A stretch of 59,250 nt of DNA, counting the filler. It is 6 parts of 6 records of this genome, joined end to end, with 100 filler letters (N's around TTAATTAATTAA, not from the genome) between each part and the next. Parts side by side here need not be neighbours in the genome. Positions count along the whole stretch, not along the records: positions 53,878 to 59,250 come from DRR723986_10032; 5 more parts are not named here. One strand, written 5' to 3'. Below, piece by piece: positions 56,795 through 59,250 of this stretch. Both the position numbers and the translations under genes were made by a program. Position 1 is the first letter of the stretch; every line of letters starts with the position of its first letter. The notes under the pieces were generated by a model that was not told the DNA's origin, made no database searches, and worked only from the letters and a program-made list of their open reading frames with translations.

Positions 56795-57868
56795 CTACTG
56801 GCTGAAAAATCCGTTCACCCAGGCGCTGTCCACTTCACTGAGTGAGGCATAGCGCCAGCGGGGCTGCATATCCTTGTCGATCAGCAATGCCCGTATGCCC
56901 TCGGCAAATTCACCTTTCTTCAGGCTGTTGTGGGACATCACCAACTCGTTGTCGAGCACCTCTTTCAGGCTGTGCAGGCGGCTGCGGTGGTAGTGCTGCC
57001 ACATCAGGGCCAAAGAGGTCGGAGACGCGGCCTTCAGCCCCTTCACTGATTTGCCGAGCCAATCTTCCCGAGCCCCCAGCTCGTCCAGTTGCGCCACCAC
57101 CTGCTCCAAAGAATCGGCATCGGTGGCCTGCTGGATGTCTTCAAAATGCTCACGTACAGGAGACGCGGGTAAGGCTTCACGGCTCTGCTGTTCAAACTGC
57201 CGCAGCACTGCGCTCACCACCGCCTGCGCATCCGCTCGTTGCCAATCCGCCGCTTTCAGGGCATCCACAACCTGGTCTTTCAGGCCATGGGAGATAAACC
57301 GGTCGGCCATGTTCACGAACAGAGCATCGGCGCCGTTCATGCGGGCACCGGTCAGTCCCAGAAACAGGCCCGTGCGCATGGGCATGCGGTTCAGGAACCA
57401 GCCGGCACCGATATCCGGGTACAGGCCGATGCTGACTTCCGGCATGGCGAGCTTCGAGTGCTCGGTCACCACCCGGTGAGAAGCACCCACCATCAGACCA
57501 ATACCGCCTCCCATCACGATGCCGTTGCCCCAGCAAACGATGGGCTTCGGGTAGGTGTGGATCTGGTAATCCAGCTCATATTCCTCGTTAAAGAAGCGCT
57601 CGCCCTCCGCCAGCTTGCCCGGCTCGGTCATGGCCCGGTACAGCGAGACGATATCGCCGCCAGCGCAGAAGGCTTTGTCGCCCTCGGCTTCCAGCCAGAC
57701 AGCCTGAACCTTGGGATCCTCGGCCCAGCGGCTGAGCTGGGGCTTGAGCAGGCTGATCATATCCATCGACAGTGAGTTGAGATTGCGCGGCGTGTTCAGC
57801 CGTGCCACGGCAATCAGCTCACCATCAGCGGTTTTCCATTCTTCAAATACGATTGGTTGATCACTCAT
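56795..57868 (-). CDS. Enoyl-CoA hydratase/isomerase family, 3-hydroxyisobutyryl-CoA hydrolase-like
   Basis: AFCAGGD, GIVMGGGIGL, MPEVSIGLYPD, EGIRALLIDKD..PRW. Confidence 0.88.
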   Translation of the reverse strand: MSDQPIVFEEWKTADGELIAVARLNTPRNLNSLSMDMISLLKPQLSRWAEDPKVQAVWLEAEGDKAFCAGGDIVSLYRAMTEPGKLAEGERFFNEEYELDYQIHTYPKPIVCWGNGIVMGGGIGLMVGASHRVVTEHSKLAMPEVSIGLYPDIGAGWFLNRMPMRTGLFLGLTGARMNGADALFVNMADRFISHGLKDQVVDALKAADWQRADAQAVVSAVLRQFEQQSREALPASPVREHFEDIQQATDADSLEQVVAQLDELGAREDWLGKSVKGLKAASPTSLALMWQHYHRSRLHSLKEVLDNELVMSHNSLKKGEFAEGIRALLIDKDMQPRWRYASLSEVDSAWVNGFFSQ

Positions 57869-57880
57869 AGCGAATCCGGA

Positions 57881-58660
57881 TTATCGGTTTTTCCAGTCGG
57901 GCTTACGCTTCTCCAGAAACGCATTCACGCCTTCTTTCTGGTCTTCGGTATGGAACAGCTCCACGAACAATTCACGCTCCATGCGCCAGCCGTCGCTGTG
58001 GCTGCGACCGTCGCGGGCGCTCATCACCAACTGCTTGCAGCGGGCGATGGACGAAGGGCTCTGCTTACAGGCACCCTCCGCCAGTTTCAGGGCGGCTTCC
58101 AAGCCGTTGCCGGTGGGCACCACTTCTTCCACCAACCCGATTTCCAGGGCCTTGGCGGCGGTTACCCGTTCACCACACAGAATCATGCGCTTGGCCCAAC
58201 CCTCACCCACCAGCCAGGGCAGGTTCTGGGTGCCGCCGGCACAGGGCAGCAGGCCAACGCTGGCCTCCGGCAGAGCCATCTGGGCATGCTCTTCTGCAAT
58301 CCGGATATCACAGGCCATGGCACATTCCAGGCCACCACCCATGGCATAACCATTTACGGCGGCAATCGATACGCCACGGAACGCCGTCAGCGCTGCGAAC
58401 GCTTCACCAAATCGTTGCGCCATGTCGTTGGCGCGAGCCCGGTCGCCGTCGGCGAAGGTTTTCAGGTCAGCACCGGCGGAGAAAAACTTTTCCCCCTGGC
58501 CAGTCACCACCAGCGCGAAGATGTCCCGGTCGGCGTTGAGGTCTTCCACGGTCGCCTTCAGCGCGGCGAGGGAATCGGCCGTCCAGGTGTTGGCCGGCGG
58601 ATTGGCGATGGTCAATACCGCAATGTGGCCGCGTTTTTCCAGTTGAATCAGTTCACTCAT
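57881..58660 (-). CDS. Enoyl-CoA hydratase
   Basis: FSAGADL, NGYAMGGGLECAMACD, LPEASVGLLPCAGGTQ, EGVNAFLEKR. Confidence 0.92.
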   Translation of the reverse strand: MSELIQLEKRGHIAVLTIANPPANTWTADSLAALKATVEDLNADRDIFALVVTGQGEKFFSAGADLKTFADGDRARANDMAQRFGEAFAALTAFRGVSIAAVNGYAMGGGLECAMACDIRIAEEHAQMALPEASVGLLPCAGGTQNLPWLVGEGWAKRMILCGERVTAAKALEIGLVEEVVPTGNGLEAALKLAEGACKQSPSSIARCKQLVMSARDGRSHSDGWRMERELFVELFHTEDQKEGVNAFLEKRKPDWKNR

Positions 58661-58688
58661 CACAAATTCCTCTATAGTCCGTGGCCGG

Positions 58689-59250
58689 TTACTGGATCGC
58701 TTCGGCAACGCCGTCGTCCAGCAGCCGGCGGGCAATGATCAGGCGCATGATTTCGTTGGTGCCTTCCAGAATCTGGTGTACCCGCAAATCCCGAAGGTAA
58801 CGCTCAAGCGGGTATTCCCGGATGTAACCGTAGCCGCCATGCAGTTGCAGGGCTTCGTTGGCCACCTCAAAGCAGGCGTCGGTGGCGAATCGTTTGGCCA
58901 TGGCACAATGCAGCGTAGCCTCCGGGTCGCCACTGTCGAGTTTGAACGCACCCAAACGCACCATCTGCCGGGCAGCCACCAGGTTGGTAACCATGTCCGC
59001 CAGCTTGAACTGCAGCGCCTGGAAGGCCGCCAGCGGCTTACCAAACTGCTGGCGCTCGTGCATATAATTCCGGGCCCGGAGCAAGGCCGCCTGGGCACCG
59101 CCCAGGGAACAGGTGGCGATATTCAGGCGGCCGCCGTCCAGGCCCTTCATCGCAATGGCAAAGCCATCGCCTTCATTACCCACCCGATTGCTGGCAGGCA
59201 CGCGAACGTCTTCCAGGGTAACCAGGCGCGTGGGCTGGCTATGCCATCCC
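58689..59250 (-). CDS. Acyl-CoA dehydrogenase (isobutyryl-CoA DH-like), 5' truncated
   Basis: GLDGGRLNIA, RQQFGKPL, QLHGGYGY, RVHQILEGTNEIMR; frame runs to the window end. Confidence 0.92.
   Translation of the reverse strand, partial: GWHSQPTRLVTLEDVRVPASNRVGNEGDGFAIAMKGLDGGRLNIATCSLGGAQAALLRARNYMHERQQFGKPLAAFQALQFKLADMVTNLVAARQMVRLGAFKLDSGDPEATLHCAMAKRFATDACFEVANEALQLHGGYGYIREYPLERYLRDLRVHQILEGTNEIMRLIIARRLLDDGVAEAIQ

Overview
This window is not one locus. It is six unrelated contig fragments joined by five 100-nt N linkers, each with a central TTAATTAATTAA six-frame stop. (1) 1-20304, Rhodobacteraceae-like: a pterin-binding methyltransferase, a divergent LuxR-type regulator and hybrid kinase, htpG and ggt. 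These are followed by a complete ~12.2 kb AT-richer element integrated at the 3' end of a tRNA-Ser gene. (2) 20405-26013: amidohydrolase, LysR regulator and peptide/nickel-type ABC transporter. (3) 26114-36151, Bacteroidota/FCB-like: frameshifted DinB-like gene, exported proteins, a multicopper oxidase and an internally duplicated T9SS cargo protein. (4) 36252-46587, high-GC alphaproteobacterial polysaccharide locus: wzc, ABC exporter, GSCFA protein, methyltransferase and a phage-tailspike-like beta-helix protein. (5) 46688-53777: aldolase, bphO plus bacteriophytochrome, GntR and a TRAP transporter. (6) 53878-59250, Gammaproteobacteria-like branched-chain acyl-CoA/valine catabolism cluster. 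The best candidate for an undescribed system is the tRNA-Ser element. It has att cores, paired arm-type repeats, a tyrosine integrase, a stripped-down family-A (PolA/T7 RNAP-like) polymerase next to an AT-rich tract, a serine resolvase with a perfect inverted repeat upstream, and nuclease/helicase cargo. It has no recognisable capsid or conjugation genes. All family assignments come from motifs read by eye; no database searches were run.
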